DNA from: Azolla caroliniana
Lineage: Eukaryota > Plantae > Polypodiophyta
NCBI GenBank assembly: GCA_043228905.1
Contig: JBHGNT010000006.1
Span: 3,286,001-3,350,000, forward strand
DNA: 64,000 nt
Direction: 5' to 3'
Shown here: positions 13,501-26,676 of the stretch, piece by piece
How positions within the stretch are numbered: position 1 is the first letter of the stretch
Layout of the letters: each line of letters starts with the position of its first letter
The notes under the pieces: model-generated
What the model was told of the DNA's origin: nothing
The model's input: the letters and a program-made list of their open reading frames with translations, nothing else
Database searches by the model: none
Position numbers and translations under genes: made by a program

Positions 13501-16500
13501 AGGTGAGACCATTTTCAAACAATAGTATACTCAAATACATCACAGACATAGACCTCTATATTGCCTGTCACATATGGCACACATACAGTTCAAACCCTGC
13601 AAACTTACTGATACTCGTATGGCACCCAAAATCAGGAGATTTATGCTTATAACATTAAGAAGTATTAGACTTAGCATCACAAAGGTCCAAACATGAAAGT
13701 AGAAGATCCTCCACTACTGTTTAACTGATGAACTTAACAAATCAGATTGAAATGCAATGTTTAACCAATCAGATTAAACCACAAACCTTAGACCTCATCA
13801 ACATGATCCCAACCGTGCCACCTCAAAGAAGTACATATAACGGGTCTGAAGCTTTGAAGGAAATGGTAACAAAACATGGAGAAGGATTGTGGTACTCTTA
13901 ACAACAATAAACTCAACATCAAGAACTTCCCACCTTCTGATACCTTACCCCTCTCCAAACGAAGGAATAAAACAATGCACTGTCAACTCAATTACCCAAA
14001 AAACTTGGATCACACCAAAGGAGCCTCTCCCACTTGGATCAGAGGTATATGGACATCCACATGCCCCTCAAAATTTAGATAATCACTGTTATGTTGAAAT
14101 GCTAGAATGGTTCTAATCGCATGGCATAATTCTAAATGCATTGCACTATCCCCATGCCAATATAGTTGGATTGTCCAAACCTGGGCGTAACTTGATATCA
14201 TTAAATTCAATAAACAACAAAACATGGCTCAGCCCCTCAACATCTCTTTTTACACGAGTCACAGGAAGAATTTATCATCAAGCCTTCTTGAATGGATACA
14301 CATCTACCTCACATGCCACATAGTATGATAGGCCAACTCAGGACCTCTTTACGTTATATAGAGATTGAGATAGGCAAATAAGTAAACGACCCTAAGGAAG
14401 AACAGATGTTTACGGAGAATCTCACATGTTTACGGAAGAACAGATGTTTACGAAGATGACCCAAAGACAAAAGTTACAATACGTCTAACTTGAGAATCTC
14501 ACATGTGCCAAAAACCTGTTTCCCTCATCTCTTTTTATCATATTTACTTACGGAATAATATTTATTTTATTTTGATTTGTTCTTCTCAAAGACGAAAGAA
14601 CACTTAAGATGTAATCTCTTGTTTGGTCTTATAGGCCATTTTGGCCTCTTAAAAGACATTAATACCAAATAGAAATACCAAATAATATGCCCAATTTTGT
14701 AGTTGGATGCCACATTCCTCGTCAAGATTCTAATTTCTATACTTGTTTGGATAAAGACCAAATCTTTGCCAATCTAAAAGATGATATAACTAATTTCAAA
14801 GCCAAGGGGAAGTTATTGTCTTTGGTGACATAAATGCTCATACAAGAAGTTTTCAAATTGATGCACAACAATCTTTCATGGCACACATCTCAAGGATGCA
14901 ATGGGATATACATGGTATAACCGCTCTTCTATTGATGAAAAAGATCTCGATCAATTCAGAAAATTACTACTACAAATGTGCAATAGTACCAGAATGTTTA
15001 TTGCAAATGGTGTATCTTTATGGCCCAACAGTAATGATTTTACATGTAGAAAACACAACAGAAATAGTGTGATTGACTATGCTAATTTCAGAAGGTATCT
15101 TGGATCACATACAAAAACAAGAATGTTAGAATTTATTTGAAACAAGAACTAAAAACTTGTAACTATTTCTAAAGTCACAAGGAATACCATGCCATTTAAG
15201 TTCTTCACAAGCATCAACTATATATGGTTGTGTAATTTCCTCTAAGTGAATTGACCCTATCTTAATATTTGGTTTTGGCTCAATCCTACTACCTGCTATC
15301 CTAGATTGTAACCATAACTACTTCGGAGAAGTCGTTGATTTGGCAAAATTACTTGTTCAAAAAAGAAAGTAGCTAAGAAAATGAACAGTTGTAACCATCA
15401 ATAATGGATTCATACCTATCGATGTGATGGCATTGACAATAGAATCCTTCTTAGTTTTGTCAGCTATGGGAGTTATATATAGATGAATTGAAAAGTACTC
15501 TAACCTGGAAACAACCAATATAATGTATTAGCAATATTCAATTGAAAATGCTGGTCCTTTTCATTGTGCTTTCATACTGTACCTGAATGAGCTGCTATCT
15601 GTTCCAAAGGTAAGAATATCTCCTTCCTTCAAACTTATTTCTTTATTAGGGAGAGAAAATACAGGTTTCGAGTCAACGGATCGATTAACAAAAGAGCCAA
15701 ACTTTGAGAGGTCTTTCAAAGTGATTTTTTCTCTGGGAAAATCTGTACAATCCCCAGACCTGACTGCAAGGTCAAGTTTGATCTCCGCATGCAACCGAGA
15801 AACCGTCCGATCAGTCTGGATAATGATAGTACAATCTACAGAGACGATGAGTCATGGCCAAATTTAGCAACCAGAACTTTAACTCCTGTTGATCAACTGA
15901 AATTCAATATTCAGACAACTATTACCTTTCCGACCAACACTATAAGCTCCTGGGGCTGTGAAATGGTACTTCGAGGGCCCTGAAAAAAAATTTATCATAT
16001 GAACCCTTGAGTGATTAATTGAGCCATTAACATATCATTCGAATACAATTTCACAATAATTGGGGATTTTTGTTTGGATATAACTAGTCAATGTCTTATG
16101 ATAGAGCATCATTTGTTATAACGATTTCAGCACACAACAAAGACAAAATCCATTAGAACAATAAACCCTCCTGTTTTCTTTTCTGAATAAAATTAATTAC
16201 CAGATATATAATCCTAAATGCAAGTTGGAGACATAACCAGAATCATGGTTTTACCATATTTTGAGCGTATCCCCTGATTTTTCTCATACCAATACCCAAT
16301 TTCTGAATTTTCTTTTCTCCCATCCTTCTACAGGTACGTATGGTGTGGTCTGGACTCACATCATATATTTGTGTATGTTTTAGATTCTGAATTTCAACCA
16401 GGACATTGCTCTCTACCCAGGAGTTCCAGAAATGGTTAAATGGAGTACTACGTCTGTCAAGAAATTAAATTATGTATGTAACCAAAAAATAGTAGCATTC

Positions 16501-17185
16501 CACTCAAGTGGGTTAGAGGCATGCTCATATAACTAAAAAACACATAAAGCTCAAACATGAGAAAACTCCATCGATATCCAGTTTGCAAATGCCAAAAGAT
16601 CTAAATAAATACGAGCTTACAAAGTTGATTTCTCATGAAAAGCTGCTATTGATTAATTCGTTGAATATGGGTTGAAAGAGAGCAGTCATATGCAACATCC
16701 TTTGTGCATTTTTGGGGAACATTAAAACTAATCTTTCTTTATACTTCTTTCTTCTTCTTCTTCTCGTCCTCCTCCGCCTCTTGTTTCTTTTTGCCTCTTC
16801 TCGTATCCACCACTAAAATCCCACGCCAGATTTCAACAAGAGGAATCTTATACAGAAACTATTTCTCGATACTCCCTATGATCAAAAAACTCAGTAACAT
16901 CCGAGGATTAAACAACCTACCATATAAGCTATGAAAAACAAACATATGTTTTTGAACATGATGAAGAATAAAGTGGACAATGAATTGGACAAGAAAAGAA
17001 ACTATTACTTGATACTCCCTATGATCAAAAAACTCAGTAACATCCGAGGATTAAACAACCTACCATATAAGCTATGAAAAAACAACATATGTTTTTGAAC
17101 ATGATGAAGAATAAAGTGAACAATGAATTGGACAAGAAAATGACTCACCAAGAGAAGGATGCTGCGGAACCAGAAGCCATACCAT
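10528..17185 (-). CDS. NBS1: Nibrin / NBS1 (MRN complex subunit), 14 exons, ~582 aa
   Basis: Exons: 17149-17185, 15926-15979, 15583-15835, 15416-15504, 13180-13310, 13027-13073, 12775-12895, 12579-12662, 11985-12174, 11796-11893, 11282-11692, 11118-11179, 10721-10820, 10528-10599; all GT-AG and in frame. FHA domain (MVWLLVP...YSVGRKDC...VSRLHAEI...LKDLSKFGSFVN), BRCT (WCADCTHLIV...KKPVVGTAWIE), MRE11-binding NFKKFRK, SGNSFTTLVPFGKDPY, ATM-binding EALAEDLF. The exon 9/10 junction is the least certain. Confidence 0.93.
14760..15110 (+). mobile_element. Degenerate LINE apurinic-endonuclease fragment in NBS1 intron 4
   Basis: Translates (with frameshifts) to GEVIVFGDINAHT (GDFNA-like) ... MFIANG...FTC...RNSVIDY (SxIDY-like), the standard motifs of non-LTR retrotransposon APE domains. 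Confidence 0.7.
16855..17140. repeat. ~143-bp tandem duplication in NBS1 intron 1
   Basis: GAAACTATT...GATACTCCCTATGATCAAAAAACTCAGTAACATCCGAGG...CAATGAATTGGACAAGAAAA occurs twice; the second copy ends ~8 nt from the exon-1 donor. Confidence 0.9.
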
Positions 17186-20100
17186 GTCTCTCTATGTCAC
17201 ACTTGGCTTCCTTCACCTCACCATCATGCAAAAGAACACAATACATACTTGTTAGATTTTGAATCACTCTGAGTTTTTCTTTATTTCCCAAAGAATGCCC
17301 CTCAGATTTCCTGGATATACCCCCCCCCCTCCAAGTTTGCCCACCCATGTTTACGCGGACACGGACACGCATTGGCCTTGCAAGTAGCCTGGATGGATCC
17401 CATGGATCAATAGCTCTAATGAGAGAGAGAGAGCACTAATGTTAAGTGCTTTACTCTTAGCCTCATTCTAATCGCTAATTTAATTAACAGTCGTGTGGCT
17501 TGTGTCTCGTCATGTGCTTTCTTCCCACTTCAATGTTTTGATATGTCCTTACGTAGACTGAGTTTGTCTCATGTGAATGATCATTCTTAGAGGGGTTAAT
17601 GGAGCTCGACTCGCTTATTAACACGATCTTCGATAGCTTAGAAAAGATTGATGACAATTTTTACCCATATCACTAACAATAGGGTAAATGATGGTCCTAT
17701 CCTATGCATGATTTCGATGAGCTACCATATTACTCTAGCCGAGATTAAGATGTACACTCAATATTATTCATCTTGAGCCACCACACTTTACAATGTGTTC
17801 TTGGTTTATGAACAAACTTGAGTGGTCCAACATGTTGACTATTTTCGAGGGTAATTGACTTAGCAATTTCAGGTTATCGTTTATGTGGGTTATCAAATTC
17901 CGTCCCTATGATGAGATGTCCTGTTTGAGATTGAGAGGAAACCTCTTGTTTGGAACACTTTGTAAGAAATTCACAAGGGCGTCATTTTTGTGTGCTCATA
18001 TTGATTGGTATTGTTGATTCTTTTACTAAAGGCAATTTTTATTGCAATGGTGTACCACATATTCCCTCGATAGTTTATATTAGCAAGCATTGTGGTGTGC
18101 GAGGCATGTCCACTTCGCTACAACATATTACATTCACAATTCCCAAGAGCACGAACAAAGTTGATGCTAGAAATGCCCCCACAAATGGATTCCTCTATAC
18201 GATAGGGTTTATATTATGGAACCACATTGTAGTTGTCTTTGTGCTACCACTAACATGAAATTGGAAAAACACACCTCACATACATTTTTCCAATTTTTAT
18301 AAAGACTTGCACCATTTATGCTTTATTTTGGACATCTTGATGTTTTATTGGAGGTGTATTATTTATTTTTCTCGGCAAAATTATCATGGTATATTGGCTT
18401 CATCAAAGGCTTAGTTGTCTAATGGGTTGTGATTGTGTTAAAGACATATACAATGACTTCAGGTTATTGGTTGAAGTTGTTTTGAGATCAAAAGAACAAG
18501 AAGATGTAACTTTGTTTTGCTTTCGTGTATTTTTCAATCACAACTTGCTTTATATGATCCAATCCAAGAGACTATTGGACAAGTCTCGAGGTATATTGAA
18601 GCGCAACAACCTTATTTGGTTGTGATGGATTGCATGTTTTCATTTTTGTGGTATGCTATAAACCTTGGCCTTAGGAACTATGGTGGTCGTCGTGTCAAAG
18701 ACAACTTCAAGCCTTTTGTCAGTGTTTCAAGCATAGCGGTTCTTTAATGTTAGGTTGTCCAGAGAAGACGGGAGGAGCGGGTTCGGAGAAGGATCCTAGA
18801 GTGCCTCCTAAGGCGGAACCGGCACTTGGTGAATGCCAAGTAGAAAACGGGAAGGAGCCTATGCATTTGTCATGCCCGGAGTTCGAAACAGAATAACGAA
18901 AAGGCAAGTTGTACGATTCTCTGTGCCTTTAGAGCACCATGCACTCTAACAATTGTATTGAACTCTTCCATTAACCAAGAGTTTTAATTATTTGTGTGTT
19001 CACCCCAAACTTCTTATCGTTGATTAATTACTTCATTAATGTTATCATGATACCAATGTTCAGAGGGCCTCAACTTTTTTACATCAACTATAAAATATAG
19101 GTTTTGATGTGCTTGTGTTAGTTTTTAATCCACGAGAATGAGCACAACAGCAAGCATTTCCATGCACGTTTGGGATGAAGATTATGGTAAATGTGGGGCT
19201 TGACTAGTTGATGATCATCAAAGGAACCCAAAACTCACATCTATCCTAATATGAGAGAGATCTCATCGACAAAGACAATAAATTCAAATGATAAAACATA
19301 CAATTTAATTGCTTATTTGGTTTCTATCCAAATGATAAAACGTAGGAGTGAGATGGTAATCTAAAGCCATTCACTATAGCTATTTTTGTAATAAACACAA
19401 GGCATCACACGCTCTATCACACAATGTGAAACCATTGTCTTATGTATCCATGAAATCAAATGTTTAAACACAACTATGTGGTTGTGGTAATATGAGTCGA
19501 GACGTTGGTCTAAAGTGAAATTATTATGAAAATCAAATTAGCTTTATTTCGGTTAGATCATGACTCATTATGCTAACAACTTGATTGTGTTAGTAGAGGA
19601 TGGTTGCCTAAAATTTTGCCTTATAAGCTCTAGATTCATTTCCACGGTTCAAGGGCTGAAATGCTAGAATTGCCTTAAAAGCAAGTGTGGATAGACTAAT
19701 CACATCCTCTAAGCAATATGCTATTTAAAAAACTCGTGCTCTTTTTATCGATTGGGAAAAAGTGATTCTTAGACCAATGCATTGTAATCATAATTTGGGG
19801 TTGATATGAGAAGTTAGTGATTATTTAATTCATTGTATTTTATGGTGCTCAAATGCATACATTGCTTTAAATTTAAGAAGAAAATAAAGCACAAAGCCAA
19901 TTTTCTTTCCAATAAAAGCAATCTCTAACTCGGTCACTCAATAACATGATATACATATAAGTTTATAACCATTCTCTAACTCAAAACATATGGTGTATGT
20001 CATATGATAAAATTTAAATGTTCTTTTTTATAGGTAAAGAGAATCTATGTTTGTTTTTGTTTTTTTTTCCAAAAAATATCTTCTTCCATTAGTTAAGAAA

Positions 20101-23100
20101 AAGTGCATAGGATAATATACAACTCATACGTTACAACCCACTTTGCAATGGCTACAAGAGAATCGTATGTTTGTTTACTCAATTCTAGATTTCTACATAT
20201 GATCTCTCTTTTCCACACTATATTGTATCGGCCAATACATAGTACATTCATTATACTTATACATTCACGATTAATTGACACCATCACTTTGTTTTATTAC
20301 TGAAATGTCACATGATAAGACATACATTTCACACATTTTGTGTTTCTATCCCAAGCAAATACACATTGCATCCTTAGGGATAAAGCATCTTTGTGTCATA
20401 CACTTTCTATGATCCATTGAATTGTGTATAAAACATGCACGATCATGTGTACTCTAGCAAAATTATTGACATTTTCTAAGAAAAACAAGGTTTTTCCCAA
20501 CCACTATCGTGGAAGAAGTGGATATACTCGCTTAAGCTAGTTAATAAAATCTCCAAGAGAAATCTCATGGAGGTTCCTAAGTTAGATCATGTTTACATTG
20601 AACGGCCATGGGATAATACACTTGGAGTGAGATCATAAAAGGTGCAACACTTAACATAGATTTTTACTCTCCCATTTGTAAACACCATCTTCAAGTGCAC
20701 GAGTATAAATTATAATCTCCATTAAAGAATATACAATGAAGATTGCATATAGTTTTAAACAAGGGCATAAGGTGATTTGTTGGTCCTTTCCTATAGTTTG
20801 AATTGTATATCAAACAATAGATGCATTAAGCTACAATATTGTCTATCGATTCTTTATATAAATGTGCAATAACCTCAAATGGTTTTAAAGAGGCACAACA
20901 TTTCCATGCCAAGTGCATAGTTTTAGAGATATTAAATACGAGGAAACATGAAGTCAGGTACATAATTGTGCATGAGCATGATGTGACATTCTCAGTGATT
21001 TGATATAGAAACGTAAACACATAAATACTTAGCTTGTACATGTTTTTTATAAATAAAAAATGTGTCATGCCAAGTGTGTGGTTCTAAAAAGAGGAAAACT
21101 ATATGGTATCCAAATAATGTCGAGACCAAAAGCTAGACATATCCTTTTCAGTATGTGTGAGAGAGATAAACAACTTTTTCACGAGAGACCGATTGCGATG
21201 TATAAGAGAATGCCTAGCCCATGACGAGGATCAAACACGGGGGATCTCTCAAACTTATGAATTTGATGCTATGATATAAACAACCAACCCAACACCTAGA
21301 GAAAGAATGTCACCATGGAATAGGAAGATAGGAAAACAAAGACATGTTAAAATAATGTGATCAACATTGATCAAACATGTGAATGAAACATTCGATGGGT
21401 TCATAACTTTCATATGCAAAAGATTAATGTTTTTCCAAATCCTCGATTATGAAATTATGTGAAGAACATTCCTTTATATTGTAAATCCATTAATAAAAAC
21501 ATCCTTCAGCTCATTATTGTCCATCATCATATGAGGAGGCGATTAGTCCTTCCGTTTAACCATAGTTTTTTGTTATGGAAATCATAAACATAAAATGATT
21601 TCGGGTTTGGAAATAAATATCGATTGATCTTGTACATTATTCACATGTGTTACTTTCATTGATGTTGCAATGTTGGTGCCATGCAATGATTAAGAAATGG
21701 ATTCTTCTAATAAACCATCCTAGTTATATTGATATTTTTATAGTAATCGATGACGTAAAGTGCCGACATACTATTTGTTTCTTTATTGGGCGAAGGAAAC
21801 TAGATGTCAACACTTGTCACCTCAACATCGTGATTCATTTGGCTTTTTCATTATGATCTATTATTTGGAAGTTCAACAAGTTCTCCAATAAATCTCTTTT
21901 CCTTGAGCATAAGATTTTTCCATTTCTCAGTTGTTTGCTTATACTTGAGAGAAAAGATTAAACGAGTGCACCAACATTGCTAGTCATCTAACATTGTCAT
22001 CAATGAAACCAACTTCAACGTCATTACCTTTGATACCAGTACCATAGGCCATATGTCGTTGGAGATTAAGCCTCTACTAGACAAGATTTTTCCACATTAA
22101 CATATAATCAACAAAAATGGCTATCACTTGTTGATACATTAACGAGGAAAATTCCAAATTATTATACTTTCTATCACGTGAGAAAAACAAATACTTGGTA
22201 GGGGTTGATTTAACTACCCCACTCCTTCCATAAGACATTCAAAATTTGCTTCCACCATCAATTTTATTTAGGAATGGGTCAAAATACATGTCTTTGGTTC
22301 CTTGTTTACAACTTGGTGGAACATGGAGTGACACCCAAATGCAACAAGTTAGATTGTAAAGTATATCGAGGAGTCTATATTAGAGGGCATGGTAAGATTT
22401 CAATCAGCGATGAGTTGTATTGTTGTGGAGATTTGATAAGAAGGTGTAAAAGTACAAGCAGTGATGATGACTTTGCTCTAACAAACAGAACATGTATAGT
22501 TTTCTCCTTTTGAAGAAATTGATGCAAAGGGAGTGTATCCCTTTTACAAATTCATCATGAAACCAACATCCTAGGTATCGCCAAAGATGATTTGTGGCCC
22601 AAGGGAAGATGGTGTGATTGTGGCCAAGGACCCTTTCGGAGCACCCAATTTATGTCCATACCACGAGAAAGTTGGTTATTTGGAAGAATTTGGACTCTAA
22701 AAAACTATCCTATTGAAGTAAAATAGAAGGGTTTTCATTTGACATGCATATAAAAGACTAACTAACAACAAAAAGAAAAAATTGTCAACGACCTCTTCAA
22801 AACTAAGAGAAAGACATATTTGTGGTAAATTTTGGAGAACCTAAATGGAGAGCATATTGAGAGTTATGTTAGTTGAATTTGTGTGAATGCATTTTAAGGA
22901 CATGTATTGGCAATCCAAGGTGAGAAAGGTGATGTGTTATGGTTCTCTTTAATATACATTGTTTTCCTTTTTTACAATCGATGATGTATGCGAAGGGCAT
23001 GAGAGTTTGGCCACTCATAAGGCATGAGATCTTCTAGGAATCAAGTTTCAAACCTTAATGAAACGAGACAATAAGCATGTTGTTGGATAATTGATGTGTT

Positions 23101-23149
23101 TAATTGTGCAACAATACATAGTGCATCTCACAATTGGAGTATTTCTATG

Positions 23150-23620
23150 AAGAAACATTACATGAAGAAGTAACTATAAATAATGTAAACACATGAAACA
23201 ATTATGATTGTCTCTCTTATGGCAAAGTTATTTGGATGTGTAATTGAATCCGTCAAAAAGAATGGAAAGAGGACATACGATAAACATGTTTATTGTAAAA
23301 CATCACAATGCCATTAGTCACATTGTCAATCTTTGGGTTTTAATAAAATAAATTATTTCAAAACGTTGGGAGTCACGACTCTATTATTGTTTTATAGACA
23401 TTGATAAAGCATTTGGTATTGTGTCATGTGAACATCATCGGAGACACGTGGATGACAACCAAGTTAATATATGCAAGTAAATTCTCCCATCTATGCACCA
23501 ATGGTGGGATGTCATGTGCATATGAGACAATAACTTTTTGAAAATTTCAATGGTAATAACGGTGTTAAGCAAGAGTGCCAACTCTCACCCACTCTCACTA
23601 GACAATGTATTGATGAATCA
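23150..23620 (+). mobile_element. Degenerate LINE reverse-transcriptase fragment
   Basis: TIMIVSLMAKLFGCVIES, CFIDIDKAFGIV (CFVDFxKAFDxV-like) and NNGVKQECQLSPTL (GVKQGCPLSPxLF-like); interrupted by stops and frameshifts. Flanks 21900-24600 probably hold more LINE debris. Confidence 0.8.
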
Positions 23621-26600
23621 CAATTATAATGTTTGATGCATTTACACAAGTCACAACAATAAGATTTTGAAAACGTTATACATTGAAGGTGTGGTGCTTT
23701 TGACAAAATACTTTTGAACGTGCAATTAAAGCTCATGAGCGGCTTTCGATACCTTTGCAGGCATAGTACATCAAGTTTCAATAATAGCTACCAAATGAAG
23801 CATTTGTTTGCGACGTCTCTTAGGAAAGATAAAACATACATGTATTTGAAAATAATTATAATGGAGCATGTGTTTGCCAACTATCAATGGGCAATGTATT
23901 GATGAATCACAATTATAAGGTTTGATATAATGTTTGATGCATTACATTTGCACAACAATAAGATCTTGGAAACTCAAATTTAAGATTGTAACTTTGAGAA
24001 GTATAATTTCACCTCACTCATATACTTTCGCTTTGAAGTTTAACCATCTATAACAACATACATGATTGGGGTGCTCATTTGTTAATATTTGTAAAATTAT
24101 GGTCATGAGTGTGTCATGTTTGAATGTTTTTATAGATATTTGAACACGATTGAAATTTATGATTGTCTTATGATATGAGTTCCTCTAGTAGGGTTTGCTA
24201 CATCCATTGGTCGACTAACATGTTTCCACGTCAACATGCATCAAAATGTTTATAAGATTGTTGAGGTGGCAATCATCAAAGGCAATTTGATCAATCAAAT
24301 ACATAGAATTATTGAGTTAGCATGGATAAGTCTTGACCAATTTGCTGTCTTCTTTTGCAAAGCAACGTAGATTTCAATTGACACTCCACCGAAGAAAAGT
24401 CTAAAGTCAAAGGCACAACAAGATCTTTTGCGATGTTTTTAGTATTTGCCCATTTGATAGGCAATCATTATTCTTGAAAGTCTAAATTTGCAGAAGTAAT
24501 AATTAAAACCTTAAAACTAGGCAACTCTTGTGGCAACATTTCATTCCCTTACTGAAGGCGAACACTCAGTTACGAACATTCTATTACGGACATCATACAA
24601 TATTAGTTACTTTCGAGATTGTATAGTTTAATCCTAAATTTCTCTCCTTCATTCTTGTTCAAATTGTTTTTGAAATGTTTAATTTATCATTTTGTTTGCT
24701 AATAAGGAGTAATGCATCATACATTGCTTTACACCTAATGTATTGTTTTAACTTTCTCTCAAAGTTTAAAAAAAAAAAAAACTCATTAATAAGTAGTAAA
24801 TTTTATTGGCGAGGACACTAAAAAGAGTCTAGCCATATACTTTTTCACATGATGAGCATGTATAGATAAAGGCGCACCGAAACCTAAAGGTAGGATACGG
24901 GAACAACCATTGCAAATAGTTAGCAGCAATTCAAAGGCATTGCCCTAATGATCGTAATAAGCGCAACAATTACGGGAATGTAGATTAAGGAGCAAAGAAC
25001 CGAGAAGAAGGTTGTATCCACAAGGGTAGCAATCCACAAACTTTGCCCCAAACAGTCATGACTCAAACTCTAGGGAATGAGCTATGTCCGTCAAGCTCCA
25101 GCCGCCCGCCCAAACGGGGGTCGGGGTGCCCTACTAATCCGACCCGACATCAATCCCTCAAGAAGAAAGAAAGAAATATTAAAGTCTTTTAAGAGGCCAA
25201 AATGGGGGATAAGACCAAACAAGAGATTACTTACATATATCTAAAGTGTTGGCATGTAAGACCAAGGAAAACATTAATGAGAAATTAGGGAAGAACAGGA
25301 AAAAGGTATCCTAATGTATGAACATATACATACAACATACATATGTATGATGGTTGGTTTGTATATACATATTACATATTTAGTTTTGGCATTAAAATTT
25401 CCTTTTTCTGATATTCAATTCTTTTACTATCATCTCGGAAAGAAGATAAAAATAAAAAGCTCTTCAAACCGGAGCAGGGGAAGGAAGGGGGAAAAAGGAA
25501 GAGGAAAGAAAAAGCAGTAGAAGGAGGAGAAAACGAAAACGAAAACGAAAACGACGAACCTCTGTTTATCGCCATAGCCATTTCTTCTCTGAGCTCTGTT
25601 GTTGTGCTTCGATTCTTCTGAAGTCACACACAGACATAGAGACATATATTGTACATATACACACAAACATATATTACACACACACACCCACACACACACA
25701 TCCAGGTAAATCATTATCTTTATTCTTCTTCTTTTTTCTAGGTTTCCAGAGCATGTTTGAAACAGAGATCTTAGGATTTCTTTCTCGGGGAATCTTTGAT
25801 GAAGAAACAGAGACAGGATTTGGGGGTTTGAAAAATATCCATTTTTGTCTTTGAACGCACTCTTTAGTTGATGATGCGTTTTAGAATCACTTTGCTCTCG
25901 ATTGTTTATTTATTTATTTTCCTTCTCTACGAGAGGTGACTTTTATTTGGAGCTCAAGAAAGACTGAATTCTTTTCATGTTGAATTAGTTTGCAATATTT
26001 ATTTGATTTCCAGAATCCTTTATATTAGGGCCCATCGCTTGATAATCAGCAGTTGAAGCCCAATGAAAAACAGAATGATTAATCAACACTAATCAATCGA
26101 TTAAGCCTAGTTAGAAACATGATGAATTATCACAAAATCAACATGATGATGAATCAAGCCTCGTGTCCCATCTTAACTCCCACTTGCCATGTGTAATAGT
26201 AGCTAGTCTTTTTTTTCATGGGAAGTAATCCAGACAGATGACCACGAAACTACCCAGTTATACATGTGCTCATAGAACCTTGTGCTTTGAGTGTTCTATT
26301 TTTTATATTTTGTTTCCTTGTTTCCTTGCTCATTAAGATCTTGTTGTTTCCGTGGGATTTAATCCTGGTAAATGGTCACCTAGATTTTTAATCATAGCAT
26401 GGTTGAGTGTGAATCCAAAGAAATAATTAAATACATGCTTCTTGTTTCCTTTCTTGTTGATGCATATAGATACCAGTTGTGTGTAATCAAACATTCATGA
26501 ATGTGAATGAGCATATAACACCTTAGCTCTTTAGATGTGAACAATGTAAATAAAAATTACTACACCAAGTTTTGTTTTTATTAGTTTCCATTGAAATACA

Positions 26601-26676
26601 GATAATATTACTTGAAAATTATAATGAATGGATGAATTAAAATGTTTATATACCAGGTTTTTAACTCCGTTCAGTA

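Noticed and set aside
17500-18950. Possible Ty3/gypsy pol relic on the minus strand
   Set aside because: Only faint motif resemblance; too degenerate to support without a profile search.
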